Part shown: positions 11,668-26,065 of the stretch, in pieces
Layout of the letters: each line of letters begins with the position of its first letter
Numbering within the stretch: position 1 is the stretch's first letter
Assembly: GCA_003427395.1 (NCBI GenBank)
Contig: BFEA01000029.1
Coordinates: 4,066,230 to 4,128,262, forward strand
Direction of reading: 5' to 3'
Origin: Chara braunii
Taxonomy: Eukaryota; Plantae; Charophyceae
DNA length: 62,033 nt
Translations under genes and position numbers: made by a program
The notes under the pieces: generated by a model
The model's input: only the letters and a program-made list of their open reading frames with translations
The model's database searches: none
What the model was told of the DNA's origin: nothing

Positions 11668-14284
11668 ATGACACGTTTTGTATGTCACATTGGCAACAGA
11701 TTGTCATGCCCACACTGACGTCGACGGCCACAAGTCTGGAGTTGTGCTGCTCTATGCTTGCAACCAAATTGTGAGGCGACCCTTCTTCCACATGGGAGAG
11801 CTATAATGCCCATCCCCGCCGCTCAAGTGAGGTTTCCACTTTCACGGACTTCATAACCTTTTTTCAAGATCGCTTTGACGCTCAGTACTACACGACCGAC
11901 GCCTTAGATCGGGTCACCCATACCAGATGGTCCGGGTCCCCCGCAACGTCCGACTTGGAGTGTCTCATCGGGATGTTTCAGGACGCCCGTTGTAATTATG
12001 ATAAGAAAGTCTTGTCGGAGGTCACTCTGACCGACCGGTTTCTTGTCAGTCTTCCAATGGATTACCGCATATAGCTTTGGAGGTAGGCATTCTCATCCGC
12101 GAAGCAGGCATAGGAGGTCGCTCGTCAGTATCAGCGGATGCAGAGTTGTTTCTTTGCCGCCAGGTCCTCTTCGCAGCCCACCGTCACCACCGAGTCAAGC
12201 AGCGCCACTCGAGGTCCCGATGACCGACCGCTTGTGGATGGCCATGTCCACCATGGGCCGTGCTCACAGCAGGTCCGCACAACTAGATATCTGCGCGTTC
12301 ACTGTCCCATAAGTAAACCTCCTGTAGGGTTTTGTCCCTCCGTGTTAAATCTTATCCTCTGATGAGTGTACCGTCATCGAGGCTCCTCGTGGTTGCCTTC
12401 GTTGCCACCAAAATTGGCATACCTCCTCGCGGTGCCCATACGATGTCGCCCTCGATCCGTACTATGTTGACATTTCTCGTCAGCATCAATCCTAGTAACC
12501 TCCCGACGCCCCCCGGCCCGCACCAACCAGTTAGCCTTGGTGCACTCTACCGCTAAGGCCTCGTCTGTAGCCGGCCTCCCGACCACTGAGTCGCGGTTCG
12601 CCCGTTTGGCTACTGAATTAGAGGATCCTCAAGAAACGACAGATGCGGTTCGTTCTTCTTCGCGGTCAGTCAAGGTATTGTCTACCGCACAGCAGACCGC
12701 CACATCTAATCCTTCCACACCGAGACTTCCGACGAGTCGCGCTATTCGCACAACTCGTGACAGGGCTCAATTAGCGAGTCACAATAATGTTGTGTCATCT
12801 CTTATTTATTTGAGCATTCTTCAGGTTCATTAGGAAAGACGTATAAATGTCCTACGCCATCATCTCGCTCTACTCTTTGACCCTTATCGCACCCTCTCTA
12901 TCAGTCTCATTCGCCTTGGGACATCCATGAGGGTGTATCGCGCTTTATAAGGCTCCAACTCACAGGGAGATTTCGTTCACCCTCGTGTGATGAAGGAGAC
13001 TCATCTAGCTAACTTCAAGTCTCGCTTTCCTATCTCCATTACCCTTGGAGATAACAAGACGTAGCGCTTCTGCGGTCATGGGGTCTCTTACCTACACTTC
13101 TCCCTTACCCTCTAGTTGACGGATAGTACTCAGGCGTCTTGCCTCTACCATTCCTCCGCATACTTCGATGTGTTGGAGACTGACAGGGTACGACTTTATC
13201 CTTGGCACTCTCTGGTCTCGCAAGTTCCATGTAATAGAGGCTGAACGAGGAGCTAAGATACTCATTCTTAAAACGAAGTGTCCCTTTCATTGTCACCATG
13301 GGTGATACCCCTTCTGACACACCACCCAGGACCCTCGTCCTTGCGGGTCTCACCCAGACATTGCCTTCACTACCTCCCGACAGTTCACTTCCTTCCTGTG
13401 TCAGAATCATCCTCTACTAAGTGAACATCATGGATCTTCTTTGCTATGATCCCCTTTGTCCAAACGTTGAGCTCATCTCCTTGGAGCCTGATCCCCCTGA
13501 CCCTTCCTCCATCTTCGGGAGTCTCATCTCTACATCCACCTCTTAGTTTGCGAATACCCCTTCGATATTCCATGTTCCTCTGCCGTCTGTTAGCGAGTAC
13601 ACACACACGTCTGGTGTTGACACAGATGCTGGTGAACTCACGTGGTTCACAATCAACTTAGATTTCGTTGTTCGTGATCTGATTCAGGAGTTCGGCGGCA
13701 TTTTTCCCTCACATTTCTTATACAACGGGATCACCGCGATGCACTGTGTTGAGCACTTTATCCAGCTCATGCCTTATTATCGCGTCCTCCATCAAGCACC
13801 CTACCTACTCCTGATTCCGGAGGCGATAGAACTCAAGGGTCAGCCTGAGGAACTCCATCAACTAGGTTTCATTAAACCCAGTAACTGCCCCTGGGGTGCA
13901 CCCGTCCTCTTTGCTCGCAAAGCGGACGAAACTTTCCACCTCTGCATCGATTATTGCGGTCTTAAATGTTACACGGTTAAGAACAACTATTCCATGTCTA
14001 GCGCGGATGAGCCGTTTGACCATCTGACAGGCAACCGCTTCTTTATGAAGATTCATCTTCGTAGTGGTTACCACCAGATACGCGTTGCCGCAGAGAACCA
14101 GCCGAAGACCGCCTTTAGATTGCGCTTCGGCCACCACGAGTTCATGGTGATGCCATTTGGCCTAACCAACTCACCTGCCAACTTCCAGACGACGATGGAA
14201 AATATCTTCAGGGACAGCCTTAAGGAGTACGTTCTCGTGTACCTGAACGACATCTTGAGCTACAGTCGTACCTTAGAGCTCTAA
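11668..14284 (+). pseudogene. Degenerate, 3'-truncated Ty3/gypsy gag-pol remnant; only the RT is well supported
   Basis: ORF 13739-14284: GFIKPSNCPWGAPVLFARK..LCIDY..LRSGYHQIRV..KTAF..MPFGLTNSP..VYLNDIL (YLDD mutated), ending right after the catalytic motif. The upstream extent is approximate. Confidence 0.8.
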
Positions 14285-14700
14285 GCTTGATGACCCATCC
14301 CATCTTCGTGTGTGACTGCCCTTAGGAGTTTTTTTTCTTAGGCTGCATTCACCCCCCCGAAGACCATCCCATTCTTAGTGGTTCAGCGACACGACATCAT
14401 CTTGTGACATATTGCTATCTTTTCCTTTCAGCGTTGAGGCAATTGTCTCTAGGACTTTAAAGTTGTAACCTGCTACATTTCATTTCGTGTTGTTAGCTAG
14501 GATGTGTATATCAGACATGTGCTTCCGCTATGATATTATGTAGCTTAGGCTGCATCGCATGAACTCCGCATGGAGCTTGCTCTGCATCCTAGATCTCTCA
14601 ACTTTATTGTTTGCAGAGTTCCGCTGCTTTTGCCGCAGTGTGTTTATGGCTCTCGCGATCCACTACAGGTCTGAGGATCGTGCAATGTGCTGTGACGCCC

Positions 14701-17142
14701 AACCTCACACCCAACAGGACTTCCTGATCGGAGTAGGATGGGGGTCTGGAAGTGCAAAAAGGGGGTGTGCCAAGGATTTTATGAAAGTGGGGGTGGAGTC
14801 CCAGGTCGGAACTTAGATCTCCTGTGGCGGGTTTTAGGGACAATGGTGCAAAAAGGGGCGCACTAATCGTATCCGGCGTTTCGGCCTTCGGGGATTTGGC
14901 TATGGCCTCGGCCAGTTGCGTCGCCGTGGTCGGTCCCTTGTCTGGTGGATTGGTGGGACATCGTGGCTGTCGCGTTGCTATCAGTGCCGCTCGTAACAAG
15001 CTTCAGAGTCCGACGGGGCGGGTCGTAGGCGGAGGTTGTGCAATCGCTGCTCAGCTTCAGCTCGAGTTCGTCGGGTATATCCCGAGGCCCGGCGTGCTTG
15101 GTACTGCTGGCAGTCCTCGCACAGTGGGCTGAGCCAATAGCGAGCTATGGAATTCCACGATACCACTGTGAGCTGGTGATAGGGAAGGAGGAGATGGAAA
15201 GGTGGGAAGATGGTGGTAATAACGACGAAGCCTTGGCATATGTAGTATTGAGTACTATCCATATCTAGGCCCCTAGGGTGGTGGGTTATAGCCCAGTGGA
15301 AATCCCCTTCGCACAAACGGTCATTCTCTGTCAGACAATGGAATTTCGGGTTTCTCAAGTTTCCCCGCCGTCTAAGTTGTTCGCCTTCCCAGTACTCGCG
15401 ATACTTCGGATCCCTAAGGTTTCACAATCAGTAATCCAAAACGGACTGCCTTCGGTCGTATCTGGCTAATGAATGCAATTTCCCGCATCCTTACGATAAA
15501 TTCGAGGTCGGCTCATGCAGACGCACGTGTATGTTGTGACTCAGTTTCTTCGAGCTCACAGTTGTACGCGCGCGTGCGCATGTGTGAAAGCGGATCGATC
15601 CGGCATCCGTCCCGAATGCAACTATCCTACTCGTGCTATGTTGGGTGAAATACAGACTTCACATTCACATTCATGCCATTCATGCGATAACAGTAGGGAA
15701 GGGAAAGGACGATCAACACCTCACAACATTCCCGGCGATCTGACGACGATCAGAGATTAACAATTGAATCTAACATCCATATAGGGTGCTTTCCGTTAGA
15801 TATGAGAGTATTGTTCATACAGAGGGATAAGTAACAGGATTTGAATTAGACAGGCAAAACAAGATTGGAAATCTGAGAAGATCACTAGCGCAAAAAGAGT
15901 TCACATCCATTCATACATACATACAAGGCAGAGGCGACAAAGGAAACTCGAGACGATTTACAAGGAAAGATCCAAAATGGCCGCGATAAAAATCGATCAT
16001 AGCGGGAGGCAAAATTGTACACACAAGCAAAATAAAAAACTTCATCCCGCACCCACAACTGCCCCCTCTCTCTCTCTCTCCCTCTCTCTCTCTCTCCACT
16101 TTACACCCCCAATACCGGCAGTCCGTCGGCACGTATCAATACAGAGTTGTCACCCCACTTGGCTTGAGCATGCAAGTCAGGTTCACCCGTGAGTCACAGT
16201 CCGTCACGGCCCCACACGTTAACCCCGCAAACCCGACACCAGCTCGTCGGATCGCCCAACTCTCGCACTCACTTACCTTCCAAACTTGCTCGTTAGCCGA
16301 CCCTCACTGATCGCGCTAACCTCGAAATTCTTAGACAGCAAACTAATCGCGCTTGCGGAATTTATAGTGTGGACGCTTGTGCGAAGTCTACGGGATTATA
16401 CCCAAGTGGTGAGAGGAAGTGCCTACGTCTGCATGTCTGGGCCGCGGCGCGAGGGACAAAGTCACTCTCCGCGCATCGGTCCGGGCATGCAGGCATATGA
16501 ACTAATCAGGTAGGGGAAGAAGGTGTGCATGCACGGGCGAGCACAAGGCGAGAAGAGGGAAGAACATGAAGGACGTCAAGAATAAGAAGATTACAGTTGC
16601 AATCACACCCGCCAAAGCTTTTACAGTTACGTGCAAGATTAAGGCACAAAAAAAAGTCAGAACCCAGATCTTGTCGCGGCAAGGCGTGTGTAAGTAGGAA
16701 GCGCCTCGCAACAAAATTCAGAAGGTGCCTAAATTCCTAGCTTAAGTCCTAATTGCAAAGGAAAATTCCGAATAAAAAAACGATTCCGAGAGCCCGTGGG
16801 GCTCGACATCAGTTGAAATTTGAAAAGAAAACGACATTCCCGCGCGCTGATCGCGCCAAAATTCCGAGTGCTCCCAGACTCCCAGTATCACAAGAAAGAA
16901 GTTATGGTACAATCATTTCTTGCGCTCGCTAAGGCGCAGTTACCCATCCATTGGCATGGAATGTTCCCGACACCGATCCGACAACTTCCAGCGGGAAACA
17001 AAAAAGAAACAAGGGCATCCTTGCAATTTGCCCGACCAGCCCGTCTTCCCACAGCTCACCCCCTTCGACCCGTCGTTTTTCCCAAGCAGCTTCAAGTTCG
17101 CGTAGAAAGTCGCGCGATTATAAAAAATAGTTCGTCACATAT
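14701..17142 (-). repeat. 3' LTR of the large gypsy element
   Basis: Colinear, highly similar direct repeat of 55108-57689, from AACCTCAC.. to ..GTTCGTCACATAT. Confidence 0.93.
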
Positions 17143-17559
17143 ATGACGCCAGGGGGTTCCAATCTTGTGCAAGTTCCTGCTTGCACTCATATCTCTCCAA
17201 GGTGCACGTGTCATTAGCGTGGGATAAGAGTATGGAAGTCATCCTGCTGACACGTCCTGATCCTTGCACCCATCTTTAGTATCCCAAGGGAGGGGGGTAA
17301 GGGGGTCGGAATACGGAGGCGGGGGGTGGGGGATGCTCTCTTGGGAGCACGGGCAAGAAGCTCGTCATCCCCGCTACCATCCCGAGAAGTTCCAGGTACC
17401 TAACGGTGCGGTATACGTGCGGGAAACGACGACTGCCATAGGGAAGAGAAGCAAGGTAGTCGGGATAGAGAGTGGAAAAGGTGTGAAGTACAGCCGCGCG
17501 GAATTGCTTGTGATCTGTGCACACAGGAATAATTCATGTGATAGTGCAGTAGACTTCGA

Positions 17560-19247
17560 TCACATTGTGATCCCGCCACGCGGCACTGAAAAGAAGGATG
17601 TGAAGGCAAAAGGAGGGGAAGATGCACAAGTAGTGGGATGTGAGTACACTATGCAGGCGAGGCGGGTAGTGTAGAACTGGTAGAAGAGGAAAGAGGGGAA
17701 GGGATTTTGAGGAAATACGAGCGGGGTATCGATTTGCCAGAGTGTAAGGTAATCAAGGGACGACAGGATAATAACCGGGGACGTAGCCCGATGCCCCACA
17801 TCGGCACGTGCTCGAAATGAGGGACGGGGGGAAGGGGAGGGGGAACGGCTCCGTTGCGTCCGCGTCAGTGCGCTCGAAGTCTCTGCAGCGCCGCGCTCAT
17901 CTTCCTCTGTTGGCGGGTCCGGATCTCTGGTCGGATTGTCCGGGATTGGCAAGTCAGTCCCAGCCGATTGCTCTAGTGTCCGCTTTCCTTTCGCTATTTC
18001 TGCCCTGCGTCGCTCGGCTTCAGCAGGGTCCTCTCCCTGTGTCTCTGCCTGTTCCGCCTCTTCCTCCTCGCTTGCTTCCTCCTCCTCTTCCTCTTCGCTT
18101 ATCGCCCCCGACTCATGTTCACTATGCGCGCTGTGATACCCGTCCTCCTCGGAGGTATCTTCCGATTCGCCCCCCTCTTCCTCGTCTTGTTGTTCTTCTT
18201 CTTCTGATGTCGGCTCCCCTCGATCCAAGAAGAGAAGATCGATTATCTCTGCGGGGTTTAGGTAGTTACCGTGTGACGGGTAACTACGGTTGTCCCAATC
18301 GCCCTCCAAGCACGCCGACCACTGAAGATACGGCGTCAGGCTGCGCGAGAGAATATGCGGCACCGGGCTCTCGTCGCAGTGCGAGATGACATCTATTGGT
18401 AGATCGTCCAGCAGCTGCGTTAGGAGGATTAAGAGCTCCCCCACGACCGGCTGTTGATGTCTCGCTTGCACCGATCCGAAGACGAATTCCAACAAGTCTC
18501 CTTCCACCCCCATTCTCCAAGCCTGAATAATAAGTAACTCTACGTCTTCGTTCGCGATGGGGTGCTCGCTATCCCTGGTCCACTTCAGTCTGATCTCGAC
18601 TAAACACAGAGATAGAGTCACATAAGTTTGCCACCACCCTTGCCACTGTTCGGGCTTAATGAGAGGGACCGTCATCGGATGTACGCGGAAAGAGAGACGA
18701 GGATGGAGCGCCGACTGCCAGAAGTCAGGGAAGACAGAGGGGAGGCTGAAAGTGGAGAACATATGACGGTTCATTGAGGACGCGAGAAGGCGGTGAGTGC
18801 GGGGAGAGGTACCACGAGATTCTGCCGGAGAGCACAAATGTCGTCCAGGTCAATACTGTTAGTATTGACATCGTTATCCCCTCGCCGCGCAAGCAGCTGA
18901 CTCCAGGAACTCGCCAACTCTTCCCCCCAATCTCGCAACGAGACGAGGATGCTCGGATGCGCCCTCGGATCTACCGTAGTGATGTCTCCGCTGAAGGAGA
19001 CAATTGTCGAGACGTGGCTGGTCCCAGGCGCCGAGAGCCGCAGAAAGGTCGATGCTTCGGCCAACATTTGCGCCTTGTTGTTGGGTATTACAAATCGGAA
19101 CTCTGCTGCTGCATGCACGCTTGCCGTGCTGAAAAACTGAGCAAATCGGATGACGTCCGGGTTGATACGCGGATGATGAACCTGTGAGATGTCTCCGTGC
19201 GACGCTAACATCTGCTCATTGAGTACCTGTTCCGTGGAAAAACTCAT
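17560..19247 (-). pseudogene. Extra sense-strand ORF between integrase and 3' LTR (frameshifted; globular part plus acidic tail), unknown function
   Basis: Overlapping ORFs 18771-19310 (MSFSTEQVLNEQ..) and 17560-18837 (..QWQGWWQTYV..ELLIIQAWR..PYLQWSACLEG..E-rich) have protein-like composition. Confidence 0.65.
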
Positions 19248-22200
19248 GGCGAAGAGGGGGGAGAAGATAGATGGGGAGAAGAAGAAGAATGGGGACAGTC
19301 GCTTTCCCACTCGGACTCAAATTTTGAGGACGATCTGGTTGAAGAGGGAGGGGGGGAAGCCTCTAGATGGCGGATATAGGACATGTATCGGACTATGGGT
19401 CTAGTTGACCGACTGCCTATTACTTCGGGAGCGAGGAGCACGGTGTTCACTCTGTTAGGTCCGAGCTTGATCACTGGAAAGCACCCGAAGAATCGTGGCG
19501 CTAGCTTCCCTTGACGAGCACATTTCCTTACCTGCACCAAGTCCCCCAATTTATACTGGGGCCGGGGACTTGCATTCCCATTTCGAGCCTCGTAACTGCG
19601 GACCTGACGGTCGTGGGCCAATTCAGTCATTCTTTGCCTTTTTCGGGCCAATATGGGAAGAGCCCGCTCCATAAGCTCCAAATGGCGCTTCACCTTTTCC
19701 TTGGTCGTTGCTCTTGTGGAACGTCGGCCGAGTGTCGCTTCATAATTTAGGCTCGGTATCGAGACGCAAGCTAGGCTGTTGGTCCGTAATTGAAATGGCG
19801 AAAGCCGCGTAAACTCATGTGGGGTCCCTCGGTGTATAGCCAAGATATGATCCACAATATCAGGCCACAGTCGCGTGTCCCTAGCAGCGATATTTCGTCG
19901 GAGCGCCGTTTTGATGACCCAGTTGGCGTTTTCCACGAGACCGTTCGATTGAGATATATCTGGGGCTGTATTACGAATAGACACTCCATGTACGACTAAA
20001 TTCCTCATAACTTCCCCTCGGAACTCTGCTCCATTGTCCGTAAGTATTTCCTCGGTGTCATGATGCATCCCGAGGAAACGGTTGACATACCGCGCTATTT
20101 TCGCCGTTTGTCTAGTCTGACATAGGTAGGTTTCGATCCACTTTGAAAAGTGGTCAACGAACACCAAAAGAATTGAATGTTCACAGCTATTCGGCCCAGG
20201 GGGCACAACAATATCCGTTGTATCCATGCTAACCCTCTAAAACGGCCATTGGACTTCAGTGGGCACTATCGACCTAGGCGACTGAATCGGCGCCTTGTCA
20301 GCATCGTAGACCTGACAATTTCAGACGATGAATTTAACATCGTCGCGAATATTGGACCAATTTTATTCATTTGTGTCAATTGCCACCTCTATAATCCGTA
20401 CGGCAAAGTGAGTCGTTGTCTCCTCGTGTGCCGACTTAACTCACTCATACCTTACAAACGGATGGGGCACGATCATCCAGATCTCACTACCGTCGGTCTT
20501 TCGCTTTTCCAACTGTCCGCCATTCCATCGATAGTCTCGTGCCCTCTCATTAGCCCTTCTACAATCCTCTTTGGTGAAATCCCGGTGGGGGTTTCCGACC
20601 ACAGTGGCTATTAAGATGACATTTGTCCATACTTCGGCCCTTCTAAACCTACGGGTATTTTCTAAACCCTCCGACGTGGCTTCCAGGAAGCGGGCATCAA
20701 TAGGAATTTTGTCGGATCGACACAAGGGACACAACCAGACCTTGTCCGTGTTCCAATACTGAATGCAGGAACCATGGGCCCTGGAGACACAATGCCGACA
20801 ATCTACCTATCCGACGTACCCTTCCCCGCTAGGGCGCATAGGGACTAAGTAAACACGCGAGATTGCCTCGCAGAAGTAACAAAAATTATCAGGCAACGAG
20901 AGGAGAGACGAGGACGAAAGGGGAGAAAGGGGGCCTCAAGAATTACCTGCATCGCCCATTGTCACGTGTCACTTCTTGGCACGCGGAAGGATAGCCATTT
21001 GTCTGTACTGTGGCCCACTGATTGGTTTCGGCTCTCTCCACGGGACGATTTCTTCCCCCTTGGTGACCTTGGTTGGTCGGTGCAATCGTGTTAACCCGTC
21101 CACGTTCCAGTGCCTTTCCGTTTTTCGATGGACGATGTCGAAATCGTACTCCTACAGCCGCACTGCCCAACGTCCAATCATGCCCGAGTAATTAGTGAGT
21201 CTCTTGAGAACCAACAGAGGCTCGCGATCCGTGATGAGGAGGAATTTATGCCCGTACAGATACGAATGAAAGTGTTGAATCCCCCACACCACCTCGTAGC
21301 ATTCTCCTTGAGGTGTGGAATCATTTCTCCTTTCGTCTGGTACCGTCCTAGATGCGTACTCGATGACGTGCTCGCGGTCGTCTTTCCCTTTTTGCGCTAA
21401 AAGAGCGGAGATCGCCTCCGGTTGCCGGTCCGTGATGAGTAGAAATTGCTTCTCAAGGTCGGGCCGGATAAAATAGGGGTCGTGGCCAAGGCTTCCTTCA
21501 ATGTGGCAAAGGCCTGCTCGCACTCAGCGTCCCACCTCAATGGCTGGTCCTTTCACACGAGGTTCGTCAGGGGTTGTGCGATTGCTGCGAAACCCTTGAT
21601 AAATCGACGGTAGTACAAGGCAAGCCCCAAGAAAGTTCGAACTTGCGTCAACGACGTGGGTGTCGGAGCGTCTCGAACTGTCGCGACTTTTCTCGAATCC
21701 GGCAACAAGCCCCCTCGCGTCACCACGTACCCCAGGAATGAGATTTCTGATACATAAAACTCGCTCTTCTCCAAGGCAATCTTGAAGTCCGCATCTCGCA
21801 ACGCTCCAAGTGTCCATTCGATGTGTTGCGCATGTCCGTAAAACGATTCCGAATACACTAGGATGTCGTTCATGTACACGATAACACAAAAGTTCACCAT
21901 TCCCTGCGTTAGCCGAGTCTTGTTAACGAAATTCTGGAAGGTCATGTTCATCACCCTTTGAAACGTGGTCGGGGCGTTGCAAATGCCCATAGGGCATCAA
22001 ACCCATTGCCACATGCCTTCGAACAGTACGAACGTCATTTTCGAACGATCCTCTTCCTTCACCAATAAGTGGTGGAACCCATGGCGGATATCGAACTTAC
22101 TAAAGTAGTTAGCACACCCAATCGCATCCAACAAATCATCAATTCGTGGGAGGGGATATACATCTTTGATCGTGATATTTTTCAGTTTCCGATAATCGAT

Positions 22201-23661
22201 GCAAATGCAAATGGATCCGGTCTTTTTAGGGACTAAGACCACGGGGAAGGACCACAGTCCGGTAGCGAGCTTGATCCAACCATTGGCCTCCAATTCTCTG
22301 ATCCGTTCTAGGGCGGTTCGTCTTTCGACTAACGAGCACCGGTATGGCTTACAATGAATCGGCGGGTGGGTGCTAATCTGGATCTCATGATGTATGACCA
22401 GGGATAGTCTTATGTCTGTGTCCTTTGTACTAATCACCCTTTGATATTCGGTTAGAATAACTGCGATGAGTCTGTGTATCTCGTTCGGTACATAGTCCGG
22501 CACATGCAGTTCGTGGTGGCAGTGTCGTATCGCCACTGGTAGTTGTTTTGTCCTAGCCACGTGGGTCTTTTTCGTGGGTGGAGATGATATAAAAGAATGG
22601 TCGGAACGCCAGGAGAAGATCGTGGCAACCATTTGAGCTTCCTCTTCCCTGATTGCCGCATGTACCTCCGGGGTGATACCGTTTTCGATATCCCGGAGGT
22701 CCACGACCTTCTTCTCGATTTTTAGTCCAATATCGAACGGGGCAAGGTCGTACAACCTAGGGGGTTCCGAACTCCAATTTTCGGCGCCCCTCTGTAGCAA
22801 TCGGATTTCTTTTCCATTGGTGAGCAACAAACCGGGAGGGATTTTTGAGATATCGCAGAAGGACTGTTTATCCTAATATCAGGGCAATAATGGGGTGGTC
22901 GCCTCGTATATGGTTCGAGGGGGTTCCCAAGAATCCGTCAACCGGGATATTTGAATGAGCGGTTCTCCCATGATCAGTGCCCTGGTTCGCTGCGCGTCCC
23001 TTGTGAAAACGAAAGTTTATGCGGCTTTCTATCGACGTGGGTAGCAAATTCTTTGTCGTGTTAGCTCGAGAATTTAAGGATCTGCATCGTCCTCACTCTC
23101 GGAGGTGGACGACGGTAGTGTGGGTTCGACGTCAGATTCGTCTGTGGATTCTTCCCACCTTATCATTCGCAGGATTTCGCAGGGTCCTGGTGGTTGTCGC
23201 TCAGACGTCGAAGTTGTCCGGAGGGTGAGGCGCATTGGAACGATGTATGGCTTTCCTCCGGTGTTATTGAGGATGACTTCTTGCCGTTCGAAATTCATCG
23301 TGGCCCGTAAGGCTATCAGGGTTGGTAATCCGACGAGGACATCGTATGTGGTCACGTTTAGGACCACTACGTCGCCTAAGGCGTGGACTTTACCTATTCG
23401 GAAGGCGACGTTGGACATCCTTTCTACAACTCGGATCTTACCTTCGTCGGCAGAAACGAAGTGATCGCCCTCCGCGAGAGGAATCACGTCTTTCCGTCGG
23501 CCAGCCCGCTCGACCACCTGTAGTGAGATAGCCAGGACCGCGGCCCCGGAATCAAGGACCACACTGTAGGGGTTTCCCCAGACTTCCCCGTCGCACTCCG
23601 CAGATCTGCACGGCAGGGCTTTGATCCATAGGAAGTGATCGTCTTTCCGAATTAGGCCCAT
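19244..23661 (-). pseudogene. gypsy pol: aspartic protease, RT, RNase H, integrase (multiple stops and frameshifts)
   Basis: PR VVLDSGA (23074-23661). RT CIDYRKL..YPLPRIDDLLD..MGICNAPTTFQ..VYMNDIL (21553-22830). RH VIEYASR..FLLITDREPL (21152-21523). INT VFVDHFSKW..ILTDNGAEF..SNGLVEN..LAPRFFGCF (19244-20227). Confidence 0.93.
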
Positions 23662-23867
23662 CCAGACGGGTTATCCTCCGACTTCGAGTCTCTAGTGAGA
23701 GCCTTTCCTTTTGCGGTTGCCAATTTGGCGAGGGTAAATCGCTTCCGGTTCGCTTTGCATTGTTGTAGCATCCGGTCGCTAGCTTGTTCGGAGATGGTTA
23801 GCAGGTGTTCGATAAGCAAGGGGATGTGGTGATCCAAGGCACGAACTATATCTAACACATCGATCAG

Positions 23868-24258
23868 TCATGTAACGAACGAGGGTCCTCCGGATTCCAT
23901 TTCCCTCGGGGAGGGCCTCCATTCTAAAACTTCGTTGTCGTCAAGAACAAGTTGGATTACCCCTATCATGCCGAGGTCCGGGTATCCCAACGATACGTAT
24001 TGGTCGAGCGTGATAAGCTCCGCTGCTTCCTCCGTGACCCCCGACGGGCTTGCACCGTCGTCGGTTTCTTCTACCATTGAAGCCACCCGCCCAGGTCCGT
24101 TAGCAATGGGTGCTGCAGCTGCTGGCGCAGTTCTCGTTTGCGTGAGTCGGTGGGGACAGTCCCGGGCACATAGCTGATGACACGTGTAACAAACATTCAC
24201 GTTAGCTGCCACCCCGCCCACTGCTGGAGTGGGGGATGCTCCTTGCATCATTGGTGCG
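23868..24258 (-). pseudogene. gag C-terminal part with degenerate zinc knuckle
   Basis: CYTCHQL-CARDCP; lies directly upstream of the protease and in frame with the gag N-terminus across the insertion. Confidence 0.8.
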
Positions 24259-24629
24259 AACGGTGTTTTCGTTAAAAGTGAAATTGTTTTCATGTTCACT
24301 TTTTTTTTCAAGTGTGAAATGACACATATAAGAGAGGAGCAAATGAGAAAAATGGCTATGAAACAAGGCGAAATTGTGAAAACTTAGCATTGTAAATTTT
24401 GAGAAATTTGTCATTTGCACAATAACATTTGAAAATTGTGGAAAACAATACCAACTTTAGAAACTATTGTTAACCATCAACAAAGTTTTCAATGACACAT
24501 ACAAATTATTGAGACTATTCTTAACGATGAACAAAGTGTTGAATGACACATACCACTTGAAACTGTTATTAACCATCAACGAAAGTGTTGAAGTGTTGAA
24601 TGATTTCATACTCTGCGTATCAGGAATGT

Positions 24630-25404
24630 TCACTCATGTTGGACCATCAATAAAATGTCGAATGCAATTCTATGCCTCATATACGGGATGTTATCTCGCG
24701 AGAAATCGAATGGTGGAAAGTGACCTTTCGCTAGCAAAGATGCAAAACCTAACATAAGAACACCACAACTACAACCATCATGTTGGACGGGCACCCCATC
24801 AAGTGATGTCTCGAAAGATATCGTAAGATCGTCCACATGATATGTTTCATGAAGATTTAGACGTTTGAACTTCATTCTAAAAAACGCGGCTAATACTTCA
24901 AGCGGTGCGAGGCGGTTGCCGCGAGGAAGAGAGTCTACAAGCTGGAATCGACACTTGCAACCGTCTATTCTAACACATGCCAAAGCCCAATGGTTTCCAA
25001 AATTCAAAGAGATAAGTACGAAGTTAAAATCAAAAATATTTTTTTCCCTGACCCACTTCATTCCCTCACAGTAAGCAATTTCTCTGGACGTTGCGGATGT
25101 CAATCTGACATAGAAAAAAGAATCTAAAATATACACAGATGGAATGTCCTTCGAACACTCGTCTCTAATCTCCTCTAAACATCAAACGCTCTTTGGCATT
25201 ATCGTTGTCGATTTGGATGGCTAGCAGATACAAATTCACGGCTTCGTCGTTCAACCATCCTTCCGCTTCAATGATGACCATGATGTCTTTCTTTTCCACC
25301 TTCCAGTCACCCTTGTAAACAACAATGTCATATTCTTCATTATCTTCACTGGTGCTCACAACCCTTTTAACATACTGCATCTCGACCTCAGTGAGGCGTT
25401 GCAT
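24630..25404 (-). pseudogene. Ulp1/Peptidase C48 SUMO-protease-like domain (one in-frame stop at ~25165)
   Basis: GWLNDEAVNLYL, ILDSFFY, NHWAL, DSL and QHDGCSCGV, i.e. the H-D-Q-C catalytic residues; probably the last exon of the large minus-strand cargo gene. Confidence 0.9.
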
Positions 25405-26065
25405 TACTAGAGGAATCTTGAACGACTAGTCAGGCACTGCATAGAAACACATAGGTAAACAACAACGGTATGTCTAAGACTTTCATACAAGTGGTGCCTT
25501 TCCAAAAATAGATATAAGAAGCGAACATGAGTTCATTACGATGCTTGTTTGCGTACTTTGTTCTCGCTGCCGCTTTCCACAATAGACAAAGTGCAAACTT
25601 CACGGTGCAATTTCTTCCCTTGTTTCGTCCCTATCCCCACAGCTTTAAACATCCGTAGAGCAGCTGGCTTCACAAATGGGATCGTCACATGCTCGACTCG
25701 TCTTTTAACTGTTTTTGGCAACAACGGCAACATTGACAAGGCTTGCAAACCACGACGTATAATATTCTTGTCTTTGTTCCTTTGTGGGTGCATGCGAGGC
25801 GTTTTCCACAGTCTTTTACGCAGGCATGCACGTTCATCAATGTAGAGACCACAATCATGACTGATTGTAACAAGTAATATGAGTGACGTTAGTTATAACA
25901 TTATTAAAAATCCACCTAAACAACGGGAATGTGAATGAACATTAATAGTAGTAAAATATTAAGAGTCAATCTTGTACTTCATAATATGAGTGACGTTCGT
26001 CATAACATAATTAAAAATCCACCTAAACAACGTGAATGGGCACGCTACATATATGCAAATAAACA

